A stretch of DNA of 48,926 nt, the filler included, from Catajapyx aquilonaris (taxonomy: Eukaryota), in the NCBI GenBank assembly GCA_000934665.2. It is 3 parts of 3 records of this genome, joined end to end, with 100 filler letters (N's around TTAATTAATTAA, not from the genome) between each part and the next. Parts side by side here need not be neighbours in the genome. Positions count along the whole stretch, not along the records: positions 16,355 to 32,599 come from JYFJ02007249.1; positions 32,700 to 48,926 come from KZ539661.1; 1 more part is not named here. One strand, 5' to 3'. Below are positions 21,532 to 34,435 of the stretch, piece by piece (position 1 is the first letter of the stretch; every line of letters begins with the position of its first letter). Position numbers and translations under genes: made by a program. The notes under the pieces are model-generated. The model worked only from the letters and a program-made list of their open reading frames with translations. It was not told the DNA's origin and did not search any database.

Positions 21532-23310
21532 ATTGCGCCTTTAATGTTGGACCCAGTTCACCCTGTACGATGGAATCAATACGCAACGAACAATGTAAGT
21601 CCTGATGGAGAAAACCAGAAGCTCCTTCTCCTCAAGTTTATAAAATTTAATAGCCTCATCTTTCAAACTTTGCCTCCTACCATAAGTTATTCTGTACCCT
21701 GACTGCACGAAACGAGATAAGGAGAATGTCTAAGTTTATATCTTCTCTCTTGGACCGCAGTATCCTCCTTGATGACGACACTTGTTCGAAGCGAAAAGTA
21801 CACGCGGTTTTCCGGAGAAATCTAACCCTCATTTGTTTATTTAACAAGCGGTCAGACTCTTGTTAAGTGTTTAATTGGAAGGATATGTGGGAAGGTGTCC
21901 ACATTCTAGACACTCTTCCCATCAAAACGTGTGACCAAAACAGAAGAGACAAATTAGTGTCACATTTTTGTCCCCTATCCCGGAATTTGTCCGTTAATAA
22001 CACGACACCGAAAAGAGCTTAGAGATCTGTCCTTTCCCAATATAAAAAATCCGGTTACAAATCAACGAAATTCCAGCCTCACTTCAGAGGCAGAAATTGA
22101 CAGGCTTCTGTACCAGAATTGGATTTTTCTGTCCCCTGATTTCATCATTGATCGCTTTTAAATGCCTTTTTTTTCTTCTCTCTCACGCTGTCCTCTACTC
22201 TTTTTTATTTTCCGGAGCCAACTAGTAGAAAGGTCTGACATTTCGCACGGGAAAGCAAGTCTAACGGTGCGTTCACCTGTAAAAGTTTTATTACCGGCGA
22301 TGTCACATGAAAAGAGGCGTAAGAGTTGACAAGAGGAGGAAAAGGAGAAAGGGAATCAGGATCTCTCTGCAAGGTGATCGATTTAGGGAGCAAACAATGT
22401 TTCTTTCAAAAAATTAGGTGATCGCATGGTGGTTTATTACCACGAAAAATTGAGCGAAAATCTAACTTTTTGTGGCAGTGTGAATCACATGATGCACATT
22501 CCACACGTCACAATTCCTTTCATCATTTCTACCCCGCAGCCTTTTTGGTATAGTTTCGCACGCGAATGGAGGCGTAAGATTTTGACCTCATTTGATTTGC
22601 AATTGAGCTTTGCGAGTCGACATTGCTGTTTCCAGGAATTTCCATGATTATAGCCCATTGACCTGTGGATGTTCACATGGCCGATTGTTATGGACCGATA
22701 CGTATTGTTGTACCTGGACTAGGTGATGATTGTGGGAGGTAATGTACAAGGGACTTCCATCTAATTAATCAGTTAATTAACTTTATGGCAATTAATTCAC
22801 ATTTTTCTGGCAATTTGATTTCCTGGAAGTTGCTGAACTGGACACCTTTAATCGCTTATTATACCATATGATTCGATTCGATTACGGGACTGTGAATTTA
22901 CATTATGTTTAATGATAATTAAAATAGCAAAAAAGTTAAGTAGTCCAATTTTATGCTAATTTTTGAATCATGATATCGAAAGTATTTTCGCTTGGTTATG
23001 AAATTAGCAGACTATTATTTTTTCATTCTTTGACTAGCATATTATTAGTAAACTATGTTGCTCTAATTAATAAATAGGAAATATACGATGGATGACAACA
23101 TCATTATTTTAATCACGAACAATGCGGAGTGTTATTTTAATGCTATCAAAATTTGGAATTTTTTCGAGACACACTTTAAATTAATTTGGAAGGTTTTAAA
23201 AATCGTAAACAATATTATTAGGACATACCGGGACTTGAAGTATGAAAAAGACAAAATAAGGCTTATTATTTCGATAGCAAAACATGATCTTGATAACAAT
23301 ATATGCCACA

Positions 23311-23500
23311 ACAGTTATTGATAACATTTGCTTTGATAGTGGTATCGACGCAAATGTTATCAAATATTGTTGACAACTGTTATGGCCAACAATATTATGA
23401 TAACATTTATTCAATAACAGTTATTGTCAAAAATATTATGATAACATTTATTCAATAACAGTTATTGTCAACAATGTTCTTAATAACAATAATTATTTGA
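23311..23500. repeat. AT-rich minisatellite (~41-bp unit)
   Basis: atattatgataacatttattcaataacagttattgtcaa is tandemly repeated, with diverged flanking copies. Confidence 0.75.
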
Positions 23501-23881
23501 TAAGTTAAGTGCCATTTACATGAACTTAACATGTCGTTCCTTCAGTTTATTTATTCGAGATGAAAATCTAAACAGCTCACCTTTCCAGCCAAAAAAAAAC
23601 AACCGTGAAAATCCGGCCAGTTTAACTGTTCAGGATTTATGGTGTAATTATCACCGGTAATTTCAAAGCGAATAATAACTCCACGCGAAAATCCTTCCCC
23701 TCTCTTTACATGCACACAACTCGAGACAAGAATTTTAATTCCAAACCCAAAATTTGTGTGTTGTGGGAGGAAAGGGAAGCAGCCTATGCTAATGTCATGA
23801 GAAAGAACAACAGCAGAATTCTCAACGTCTTGGGGAACACATACAGTGTAACACTGCCAGCGTCCAGCAGGTTTTGTTGGG

Positions 23882-23950
23882 GAGAGTGAGAGAGAGAGAG
23901 AGACGGAGAGAGAGAGGGAGAGAGGGAGGGAGAGGGAGAGGGAGAGAGAG
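23882..23950. repeat. (GA)n/(GGGA)n microsatellite
   Basis: Direct inspection. Confidence 0.9.
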
Positions 23951-26900
23951 TTTTGTTATACTATCATAGTATCAGTATATCCCCCATGCAGTAATTATGC
24001 GGGATGCACCGAAATATTGATTGCGACATTTTAGTGCATGTCCGAGAGACATTTAAGTCCGTGGGAAATCCACGCGAGGCTTCTATATTTGGAAGGGGGG
24101 GGGGGGGNGGGAAAGGTGGGGAAGGGACGTTGGACTTTCTTGGGAGGAATCACCCCTCTACACTCAACTTTGCTGCATGGCTTGGAGGGAATTGGAGTTT
24201 TCGATCCTTGCAGGTGTGCGGTCACAATGCGGACAAAGCAGCTGACCAACTGACCTTTCCGATGTTGCAGTGGTGAATAAGACAAACTCTGAGGTCTGTA
24301 AGGGTAAACACAACCATGAATTATTGCTTTGTACTGGTAGCTTAATTAATCGTCTTTTACAGTCATGTCCTGTAATAAGATCGTTGGTATTACGCTCGGT
24401 AAAAATAGTCCGTCATTATGGTACACTACTTACCAGCTCGTACAAGTACATCTGAATTTGGTTGCGTACTCGGTGGCCTTCTTACACGAATCCCCAGTAC
24501 CATGCAATTTATGTATATATTAATTATCCAATTGATTGATTTTAATTACCCTATTAATTTTCATTACCGGTTTATTTATTTCAAATATCTAATTTATAAT
24601 TTTAATCATTTAAGTAATTCTTTTAATTAATTTGTTTTAAGGCATTTAATACATTTGTTTTAATTAACTTCATTATAATACAAGGGGTATAGTATAGTAT
24701 AAAGAGGAAGATGGAAGTTTACTGAATTTTTATCCTGACTCTGAAGGGCCACCCAAGTGCCTCTTTTGTCGTACGGGTTGCCGGCCTTCCAGGATGAATA
24801 TGCCCCTTTGTACCCGCTCTGTGCTTTGCACTTTTACAGTATTATTTTCGACAGAAACAAACTGAACTGAAAGGAGGTCATGCACTTTACGGAAAAATTT
24901 TGGCCTCACGACACTGTTTATCCCTGAAGTATTAAATAATGCAGGTATAAACAAGGGTTGACGAAATTTTTAATACATTGGCAAATCGTCTTTGTCACGA
25001 GGGACGTTCCACAAAGGAGAGTTTTATTTATTTTTAAACATTAAAAAGTCGGCCCTTAAAAAAAGGGAATGTCCGTAGAATTGTAGCTGGCAGCTTGTTC
25101 AATGGCGCCAGAAAACTTCTTCTCCCGTGAGAATTGCCTGTACTGTAGTTCGACCGCGAAACACAATGTCTACTCATGCGGAAGGGGAAAGGAAAACACC
25201 TTTGTTACTACATGTAGGCCTACTGCAAGTACCGGACATTACAATTAGCAAAAAATGTGTTTTTAATATTATTACACTTTACAGTCTCGTGTTTTTAAAA
25301 CATTTTCTCACCAGTTCAAAGTGAGTCACCCTGTGCTTGAGGTATACCTAGTTGATTCGACTCACCCTTCCTTCAAACTTGTGAGATTCAGAATCTGGAA
25401 TAAGAGAAACGCATCTGCATGGGCAGCCTTTCTGGCACTGGAAATTGGCACTCTGCATGGTAATTGAGTCGTTTGAGGGCGCCCGGAGTTTGATCGGCCA
25501 CAGAAAAAAAATGAAGAGAGGGAACGAGTAGAAAGGAAAGAAGAAGAAGAAAAAAATACTAAAGATGTTTATCATACGACGTCGGATTCTCTCCTGTTAC
25601 TATTTTGGGAGGGTGTGTCGCAGAGAAAATTACGCTGAAAAAAATCTTTATTCACAATGATGTTTATTTAGAGGTGGATAAAGTTTCTTCACTTATTTAT
25701 ATGTTTATTTATTATTTGGTCACATATGAGTAGGAAAAGTCGAGTACAGTGAGGTAAAGTATTTCCGAAAAAAATAAATCTTGGCTTTCGAGGTGACGTT
25801 TTGAGTTCAGATATTTGGGGGCCTGGCTGAGAAATAGGAATTGGCAGGGGGGGAAAGAGGACTAGGAAGTGGTTCATCATTCCTCCTCCTATCGCTTTTG
25901 ATGCATGTAGTCCACACGAAGCCTGCCATCTATTCATTAGGTGTTGCGTGCTGAGGAAACGGGTATGAAAACGATCCATTCGCAAAAAGGAAGGAAGAAG
26001 GAAGGAAGCATTATGCAAAAAAAGAAATTGGCCCTTTTTGTTTCATTTCATTGTCATCCCAACAGTTGGCCTTCAACTTTGACCTAATTAAAGGGAATAG
26101 GCGCTTAAAGTAAGTATAGTCATGTTGCAGATGGAAAAAACTTGATTAATGTATATGGTGATGTAAACATATAATTAGACACTAACTGGGCATATGGGAC
26201 TCGGCTAAAATTAGCTTGTATTCTACTTGCATATTTTGAGATTTCTACAAATAGTTCAGCTATTTTATGCAATAGCACTAAGTTCAGAACATGCTATGAA
26301 TAGTTCTGGCGCACATTTAACTTTTAAAAAATTGAGAGGTTACATAGTGACCCACGGCTTAAACTCAAAATCGCTACAATGAGGTGACTTCAGTTGTATG
26401 ACCACGATTTGTTTGTGAATGAATTTTAAAATAAATACTGTTACATACCAAGGCAGATTTATGCCTTCCCAGTAATAGCAGATCAAACATCAGCAAAATT
26501 GAAGGTAATTTAAAATCTTTGGATTTTGAACAATTTTTTTCGCTATAAAGAGACTTGATGCTGGATTTTGGAGGAGAAGTTGGGTAAGATGAGTGAATAG
26601 CATTCCCTCTCTGGAGGGATGCCCCAAAGGAAGGTGAGAGAAAGTCCAGGGAGTTGAGCAGGGTACAAGAAGGGTGGGGGTTGGGGGGTCGCTGGAAAAA
26701 GAGGAAAAAAAATTGTTCAAAAAGCTGCCGACGGATCCTCTTTATGAAAAAAAGAGAGGGAGGCCCACTCTTTTCCTCCTGAGTGTATCCCCCAGAAGAC
26801 TGCTCTTTCATCCCATCCGATGGGGTCTGGGGGAATCCAAGTTAGCCCACTTCATTTTCCCAAGAGTGTTTCTCCCTCCCCACCCCTTTTCCCTGGGACT

Positions 26901-28627
26901 ACTCTTGGAACAGGGTCTCGCCCAGAGAGAGGAGTAGAAATCGTTAATTGCGGACTTTGCAAGAAGGAAACTTGTAGTGGTTTTTGGAGGTAGGTGCTGA
27001 GGGAGAGGTTCTTTCGATGTCTCAGAAGACCTCTTGCGTTCAGGGGGTTTGGGATTTAGGAACTGGGCGAAGGATCTCGTTCCGCGCAGGAAACGGACAG
27101 GGTGAGTCAAAACGATTCAGGCTGGGCATATGGACCCCAGACGATCATAATAATTAGTATGTAGAGGTGTCATTTGGTGTCTGGAGACTCGTTATATAGA
27201 AAATTGGAGTCAAGTATTTCTGGCAAGTTCAATATTAAACAACTGGTTTTAAAACTTCTGAATTCATTTTATAGCCAGCGGTTTCCCCCTCGGTTTTCGT
27301 GAAATCCTTGTGACCAAAAAACACTTCTTGTACCACAGCTCCAACCCCTATAATTCACCCTTTCCCTTCTCCGAAAATGGTCCTGCAGGTACGCATTCAC
27401 CTGCACTAAGTGCGTCTTAAATTCCCCCTCGGATGTGACATGGAACAATACGGTTCCAATCAGGCTCCGTATCCTTAGGAGAGAGAGAAAAAAGATGCTC
27501 TAGAAAGCCAAGCAGCAACCAAGCAGCATCCCCCAGCCCTTTGGGAGTCGTCGCTTGGCAGGGCCTGTCACTTGGGTAGAGCCAGGCCCCCCCTTTTATG
27601 CAGTAAAGTGCGGTGTGTTAATGGGCTGGCAGAGGTTGTGCTGCGGCTCCACCCATATCAGTACCTAGTAGGGCCAGGCGGTAAGTCTCCCACACCACTT
27701 TCCATCTAGGGAGGGAGAAGAGGGGAGAGGCTGAGCTATTGGGAAAACCCCTTTGCTTTTGCAGAGGGGGGAAATGCAGGTTTTGCGTGGGATATTGGAT
27801 GCAGGGGCCCTGAAATTGGGGTCAGAATTTAGTCAGGTGAAGGGGCCAAGCACTGATGTTAACTGCATCTGACGGGCGATACTGTACAGGATACAACCCA
27901 GAATTTTAATGAGGGAAGTACGCTGACCCTTTTCATTCAGTTGAACAGTATGTAGAGACGGAGGCTCGGAAAATGTGCAGGATTTCATCTGCACACATGC
28001 TCTGCGCTGAAAGACGTATGCGCACGTCATCTACGCACGTCATGCGCTGACCAATGCAAAGCTATCATATACGCAGATCTCATGTGCTCATCCACTCGTA
28101 GAAACCCCTATCACATTACAGCGCACCAGAACATATACGGTTATGATACATTTCCACTTGAATTCACCGCTAAATTGATACATTGTACCACAATCGACAC
28201 CGCCAGGTAATGAAAAAGAGCTGGAAATATCAGTCGGATATGAAATTTCTCTCACACCACTCTGCATAATTCCACCTCCCCCCACTCCCCCCTCTCTCTC
28301 AAAAAAAGAGGCGACGCCAGGAGCAGGCCGGAACGACAATGGTCGAATCCCATACATTCCGGTACTGCACTGTTTAGTTAATGAGTAGCACACTGTTAGC
28401 ACGAGTAAAAGCAACGATGGTGCCCACAAAAAAAAGGTATGATCGGAGAGAGAGACCCCAGGAGACTTAATAAGCCAGAGGCCATATTTTAGCATACATA
28501 CCTCACCACGAGTCAGCAGCACCACCACTCTGCGGGTATTCCATAGAGACAAAAGGAAACCGCAATGAATTGCGAGGGGGCCACCCTCGGGGCCTTTCCA
28601 AGCCTGGGTCCCAACAGGGCCACACGA

Positions 28628-28640
28628 TGACCTTTGACCC
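28628..28640 (-). promoter_or_regulatory. DR1 nuclear-receptor consensus element (candidate)
   Basis: TGACCTTTGACCC reads GGGTCA-A-AGGTCA on the minus strand. Sequence match only. Confidence 0.3.
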
Positions 28641-29498
28641 CCTGAAGCCTCTAAGCGCGGGCGTCAGGTGAAAACTAGAGTAAAAGCTGAGCTATTCAAA
28701 GCGACCATGTGGGTGGAGGGGGGGGGGAAGGGAGCTGAAAGCCCTTTGGGAAGCAGGCCCTGGGGCTGTTGCATAAATTCAAATCCAGTTTGCAAAAATG
28801 GACGTGTGAATGTACTGGGCTGGACATTTTTTTGTTTGTCTGTGGTCACGAGGATGCCTTTCTTTGTGGCGGAAGGTGTTCTCAATTTGCATAATGCGTG
28901 CACAGGGTGTGCCGTAATAATACAGAGTACGCTACCATACAGATGAATTTTTAAACGACGGCAACAGAGTGAGCACAACAGTATGCGCAGCGCACACTGT
29001 TGGAATTAACAATAATAGCTAGTAAGCTAATTGTTTACTGGGTTCACAACTCATGAGTCATGACTTTTAATAACCCATAACTCATAATTCATAACATAAA
29101 ATAACTAACAATAACTAATGGCTAATAACAACTAATATGCACCAATAAGCAACAATTACTAATTATAACTAATAATACGCACTGATAACAAATAAGCTGT
29201 GCACTTATTTCCAACACTACGCTTGGGAGAGAATAAAATGGCCGAGTTTGCGACGTTGCCAAGGATCTGGAACAAACCTCAGAGGCTACTGGGAAGTAAC
29301 TTTGGCAGCGTTGTTGTCACAACAGTGGAGCTGCGCGAATGTGCGTGGGTACCCGTGGTTGAGCGAGTAAAAAGTGGCAACACTGTCAACGAGTACTATA
29401 TCCATGGCACATTATTGCCACTCTCAGGGTCGGGAGAGGGGAGTGGTACTACATGCATCTACCAGCCAAATAACACATATAATATATCCTATATAGGA

Positions 29499-29576
29499 TG
29501 TAATGGTGCCGGACAACTCTTCTATACGGTGTAGACAGTATAGAAGAGTTGTCCGGCACCATTACAGACCACCCTG
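29499..29576. mobile_element. Fold-back mariner-type MITE remnant (perfect 29-bp hairpin)
   Basis: Arms 29499-29527 and 29538-29566 are exact reverse complements. The right side continues GACCACCCTG, the reverse of a CAGGGTGG-type TIR. Confidence 0.7.
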
Positions 29577-30417
29577 TGTTTAGGTGTTTTATGAATACAT
29601 TCGGTGGCCCTTGTAAAGCCAGGGCCCCGAAATAATTACTTTCACGGCGCTGAACAGGCAGCGTTCTATATTTTAATAGAACGTTAGGGCACAGGATTAT
29701 TCATGCTACCCGGGGTAAAGGTCCGCTGCGAACTGTCAAGTTGGTAGGGGAAGGATCTAGGCATGGCTGGGGATAGAATTGGTGATGAGTCAGTTGTCTG
29801 GAAGTGTGTCTCGCAGCACATGCAAACACACTAGGTCCAAGGAAGGCACCTTGTTAGATTGTCTTGTCACACTAATCTAATTGGAAGGGAGGAAACTCTG
29901 ACAAAATAATAGCTAAGGGGGTTTCGGTATGTAAAATTCAAACAGGCAGATTGTACACGGTTGGGCTCAAGTTTATGCTAATTTTTTTGTATACGCGATG
30001 TCCCTTTACTTTTTCCTAGAACTCGCGTGACGCTCGATGTTATTTTTTATTGCTGCCTGTGCCGCATGGGTAAGATCCCACACAACGGACAAAAGATCAG
30101 GTGGGAGGGAGCTATCGAACTTGGATCGACTTTAGTCTGACAATGGCCGAAGAGAAATGGCGAATAAATCAAGGAGCGTTCCTTCTAAAGCACCATCATT
30201 TCGGTGTGTTTGCAAGCACCCTGGCCTTATACCACTTTTTGATGGGTGATGTGAGGGGGTTGGTGGTAGCGAACACATGTTGCGAGGACCATATACTCTG
30301 GAATATTTATCCGGAGTGTGAAATAATGCACTGCGGTTTTGAATCACTGATGAGTACTGTACGGACCAGATCATGAGAAAGAAAGCAGGAAATGCACTTT
30401 TTGAAATAGTTTTCCTT

Positions 30418-30533
30418 TACTCCTACTCCTACTCCTACTCCTACTCCTACTCCTACTACTACTCCTCCTCCTCCTCCTCCTCCTCCTCCTCCTACTACTA
30501 CTACTACTACTACTACTACTCCTCCTCCTACTC

Positions 30534-30599
<66 letters not shown>
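30418..30599. repeat. Compound (TAC)n/(TCC)n microsatellite
   Basis: Direct inspection. Explains the poly-Tyr/Ser ORF. Confidence 0.95.
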
Positions 30600-32599
30600 A
30601 GTTACTACCAAATTTTTTGTAGTGATCCGCGACATGTCATTGTCTGCAAGCAAGGTTGACATGGATTGTATCGATCCTAGTTGCACTTCAATTATGACCC
30701 GTGACATGTTTACTAGTGCGGCAATAATACCGTATATGGGGCAGGCGACAATAAAGAAATGAAATCAACATAGGGTCACGAAACAAAAAAAAAGATGTGT
30801 ACTAGACGGGTCAATACACACGGTGTCGGTTGATGAACTCAACATTTTGGATGAAAATTCTGCTTGAAAAGTGAGCCGTAAAATTTGCCAATTATTGTAA
30901 GAAACAGCTATTTTTAATTGTGTGCTTTTAATAGCAGTTCCTGAATCCGTTAAACTAAATAATTAATATGGAGATGCTATTTCACGTACGGTTGGCCTAC
31001 TTGAACGTGCAAATAACTTTTTGCATCAAGAAATATCTCTAAATATAAGCTTTGAAACAGCGAACTAAAACCCTAATTTTAATGTAAAATATGCAGTGTC
31101 TTCTTTCGACTACTAAATTAAGAACATAATAATTATTCTGCTGACTAGGAATAGTATCTTAATAAGTAGCGTTTCTTCTTGGAACACTGCATGCAATAAC
31201 CATGGTATATATATTTTTAAAAATTCTTAGATGCTGCGGTCTCCGGGAAAGTCTCTGTCTTTTTTGGAGGGCAATATTAAGGTCAGGTCTATAGGTTACT
31301 AACGTGACTTTTTTGCGTTTCGGACAATTTGCTATTTGTTAGCAATCTTCCGGAAAATTCACCGTCAGGATGTTGTGTTTGAATCGACATTGGGCTGTAC
31401 TCTCCAGAACAATCGGGCAACGTTGCAAACGTTGTAATTTTACATGCGAGTGATAATAGACGATGAATTCTTGACTGCTATATTTTTAGTTGCTTCCCGT
31501 TCACTGTCGACCCCCAAAAAATGCGAACAATGCAGTGTAGTTTTCATGAAATAATAATTGGCTCCCATGAGGGTTAATGAGCTGTAATATCCTGCAGCAA
31601 CATGGTTGCTGCCTGTTCAAAGAAGAGCCTCTTGGTATTTCATGCAGATGAGGTTTGCAGACCCCGGATACTGTAATTACGGGCTGAGCAGGAAAATGTA
31701 ATCGACAACTTGCTGATGAATATTGCAAAGCTTCGAGCAAAAGCTATATTATCCTCCCCGCGATTTTTTTCCCCTCTCTCTATCTATCTATCTCCCCACC
31801 CATCATCTCCATCAAAACCTGCAGCGTTGCACAAAATGCAATTTTGTCCAAATGCGTTATATGTTCTGATGAAATTGGTCAAGAGGCTCGCAATAATGGG
31901 GCGTGTTGCCGTATAGGGGCGAAAACTTTGCAATTAACGGGGCTTCTACTAAGGTTTAAAAGCAGTACAACTCAACGGGCTTTGACAATAATTATTTTGA
32001 ATTTATGAATTCATTGTAATGAATTAAGAATAAATAATAATGAATAAATACGCTAATTTTTATTAGATGACAGACAAAAGAGGCACATTTTACATTGAGT
32101 TTTTAAAGGTGTGGACTACTGTAACTATAATTAACACTGGTGGTGGGATTGAGAGAGAGAGAGTAATTAAGCAAAATGTATGTCGCGGTAGTGCATAATA
32201 CGTTGCTATACTTAGTAACCGCCTGCTAAGTGCCAGTGACCCACACACTATTCTGCATGAGCCCCGGAGTCAGGTGTTAGGGAGTAACATTAATTAGGCA
32301 TAAAGGCAAGGTTGTATAAATCCGTGAGAGCTGCTAAGTGAAGCCAGGAAACTTCATTAAGTTTAAACATCACGACATTCATCCTCTTAATAAAACGCTC
32401 GCTGTGCTGGAAATTTAGATGCAACGGAGCAGCCAATAAAATTTCCGATAAACCAACTATGAAATCATAGCTAAGCAAACATATCGAAAAATATTAATCT
32501 GAATATTAGAATAACAAGCTGAATCTGAGTGCGGCTTCTCTATTAGTATAAAAAGGAAAAGTTTGTTTGTTTGTCCATTTCACACCCATTGGTACTGTA

Positions 32600-32699
32600 N
32601 NNNNNNNNNNNNNNNNNNNNNNNNNNNNNNNNNNNNNNNNNNNTTAATTAATTAANNNNNNNNNNNNNNNNNNNNNNNNNNNNNNNNNNNNNNNNNNNN
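32600..32699. other. Assembly spacer (44 N + TTAATTAATTAA + 44 N)
   Basis: Same construct as 16255-16354. Confidence 0.95.
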
Positions 32700-32731
32700 A
32701 GTATAGCATGGCCACTAGACCACCATGCCCC
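32700..32731 (-). mobile_element. 5' end of SINE family C abutting the gap
   Basis: CACTAGACCACCATGCCCC is shared with the SINE head at 39399-39417. Confidence 0.6.
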
Positions 32732-34198
32732 CCGCACCTCTTACTTGCTTCTGTTCCCTCCTGCCACTTATTTCCACCACTCCTGAAAACATGTTATTCT
32801 TCCAAATTGCTCAGTGACCATGTCATTCATCCTTCGACCTATAGTAACCTCGTATAGTAGGTTATAGACCTTTCTGTTCGCTGCTAGACGGGGAATTCTT
32901 GTTATCCCAGTAGGGTGCTGAGTGACCACTTTTCTCTCTCTGTGGGTGTCTCTCTCGCTGTATCTTATTTAAATCCGCTAAACCTAGGCAGCTCAGAGAG
33001 TTCTGGTAAATATGACATTTGTGCATAAACTCATGGGTCGCCGGAATCAGATGCACTTCGTCTCCATAGGCTAATAATGATTGGTTTTCCAATGTAACTT
33101 TACATTATCTGAATATCCTCTCCCGCAAAACTGCAACTGCAAAGGACAACATTATTTGAATTATGCTAGTAGTTTCCATCCTATTGGTTGATGGGAAAAC
33201 ATTTCCGGCTCTCTTCGCTCTCTTACGTAATTTTCCATTAACCGATAGCATCGTTCCTGCTCTCCAGGCGCTCGCAGTACTATACCACGACATTTGTGAA
33301 TTGGCAGCCGCTAACCTTTTGCTTCCCATATATGGCTACCTGCCTCGCCGAATTTGTTGAAGCCATATAAGCTTCCCTGTCATTCTACGCGGCCATTCTC
33401 GAGGTTTTTATACCGATACGGTTGTCAACTAAATGCTGAAACACTTGGTACATTTATCCACTGGAATACTCAGACATCCATTATTCATACTTTCACAGCC
33501 CTCAAAAATGTTATGAGTGCTCACATAAGATCAAAAATCCTGCATGTATCGAGTTAGGTTGTTTGGCAATCGACCAAATGTGTAATTTGCAATGAATTGG
33601 GCTCTTGGGGCGATATTGATATAAGCTTTACCAATATTGACGCGGAACAAAGTAATGTTATATTGATTTTTAACACAATGAGACTGCTACATATTCTATC
33701 AAGCAGGAAACCCGCTTTATTGGAGAACAATAGCTGTCAGTATCCATGATAATTACATACTTCAATATGTCGTGAGTATCTGGTGTATTCGACAACTCTA
33801 GATATCTACTGATCTGCTGGTTACAATGTAGGGCTTGGCCAAATTCCTGTCACGCGATGAACAGCTTTGAAAATTTTTAACATCCAATTAATTGTGCATA
33901 GAACTGTACATCACCAAAACAAGGAAAAACAACTCGCTGGTTTGCCTCTATTTCCAATTTGGTTAAGCAATTACGGTACTGTATAGCACAAGTTACTTGT
34001 GCACTGATTTTCCTTAAAGTGCATACTGTACAGTAGGCTACAATAGGCTGTCCCAGTCTGTTACTGTGTGAATTCCATAAATCGGTTTCTCTGTGATTGG
34101 TAGTTTCTTTACGTTGTGATTTTCCCAGTTGCACCGAAAGTTTAATAACACACGGTTTTAAGAATATCACGGCTCCGAAATGTGATTCAAATGACATC

Positions 34199-34435
34199 TA
34201 TTCACTTATTCAGATTATTCAGGCAGTCTTGTCTGAGACACGCATGATAATGTTGCTATATACCGGTATAGTGGATACGGTGTAGCCTCCTTGTCCCTCA
34301 CACCGATCCCCTACGTCTTAGCTGCCTCCCTTGGTAATGCACTGCAAGACACAACAGCATTGCAGGTTCCACCGAGATTTGAACTCGGATCGCTGGATAC
34401 TATCTCCAGAGTGCTCTCCATTACACCATGGAACC
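34199..34435 (-). mobile_element. Putative tRNA-Gln-headed SINE or extended Pol III ncRNA
   Basis: No oligo-T terminator after the tRNA. About 140 nt of hairpin-forming body follows, then a TGAATAA-type tandem tail (34199-34222). Confidence 0.45.
34364..34435 (-). tRNA. tRNA-Gln-derived gene/pseudogene with rewritten anticodon loop (GA-TAG-TA)
   Basis: GGTTCCATGGTGTAATGGAGAGCACTCTGGAGATAGTATCCAGCGATCCGAGTTCAAATCTCGGTGGAACCT, 72 nt. Matches canonical metazoan tRNA-Gln except D-loop TT>AG and the anticodon loop. All four stems are intact. Confidence 0.85.

Noticed and set aside
30345..30380. CTGATGA-GTACTGTAC possible minimal hammerhead
   Set aside because: The required GAAA after stem II is GGAC, and there is no convincing stem III.
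30373..30600. Poly-Tyr/Ser ORF (also the poly-Tyr ORF at 41056-41286 and the ER-repeat ORF at 41453-41641)
   Set aside because: Translations of microsatellites.
34315..34363. HDV-like ribozyme directly after the tRNA-Gln copy (GCAATGC P1-like helix, GCTAA motif)
   Set aside because: Only 7 nt are available for P3/L3 and there is no P1.1 pairing, so the nested double pseudoknot cannot be built.
34364..34435. Calling the tRNA a functional tRNA-Leu(TAG) or a suppressor
   Set aside because: The body is Gln-type with a short variable loop, and U33 and purine 37 are missing. Anticodon TAG reads CUA, not a stop codon.
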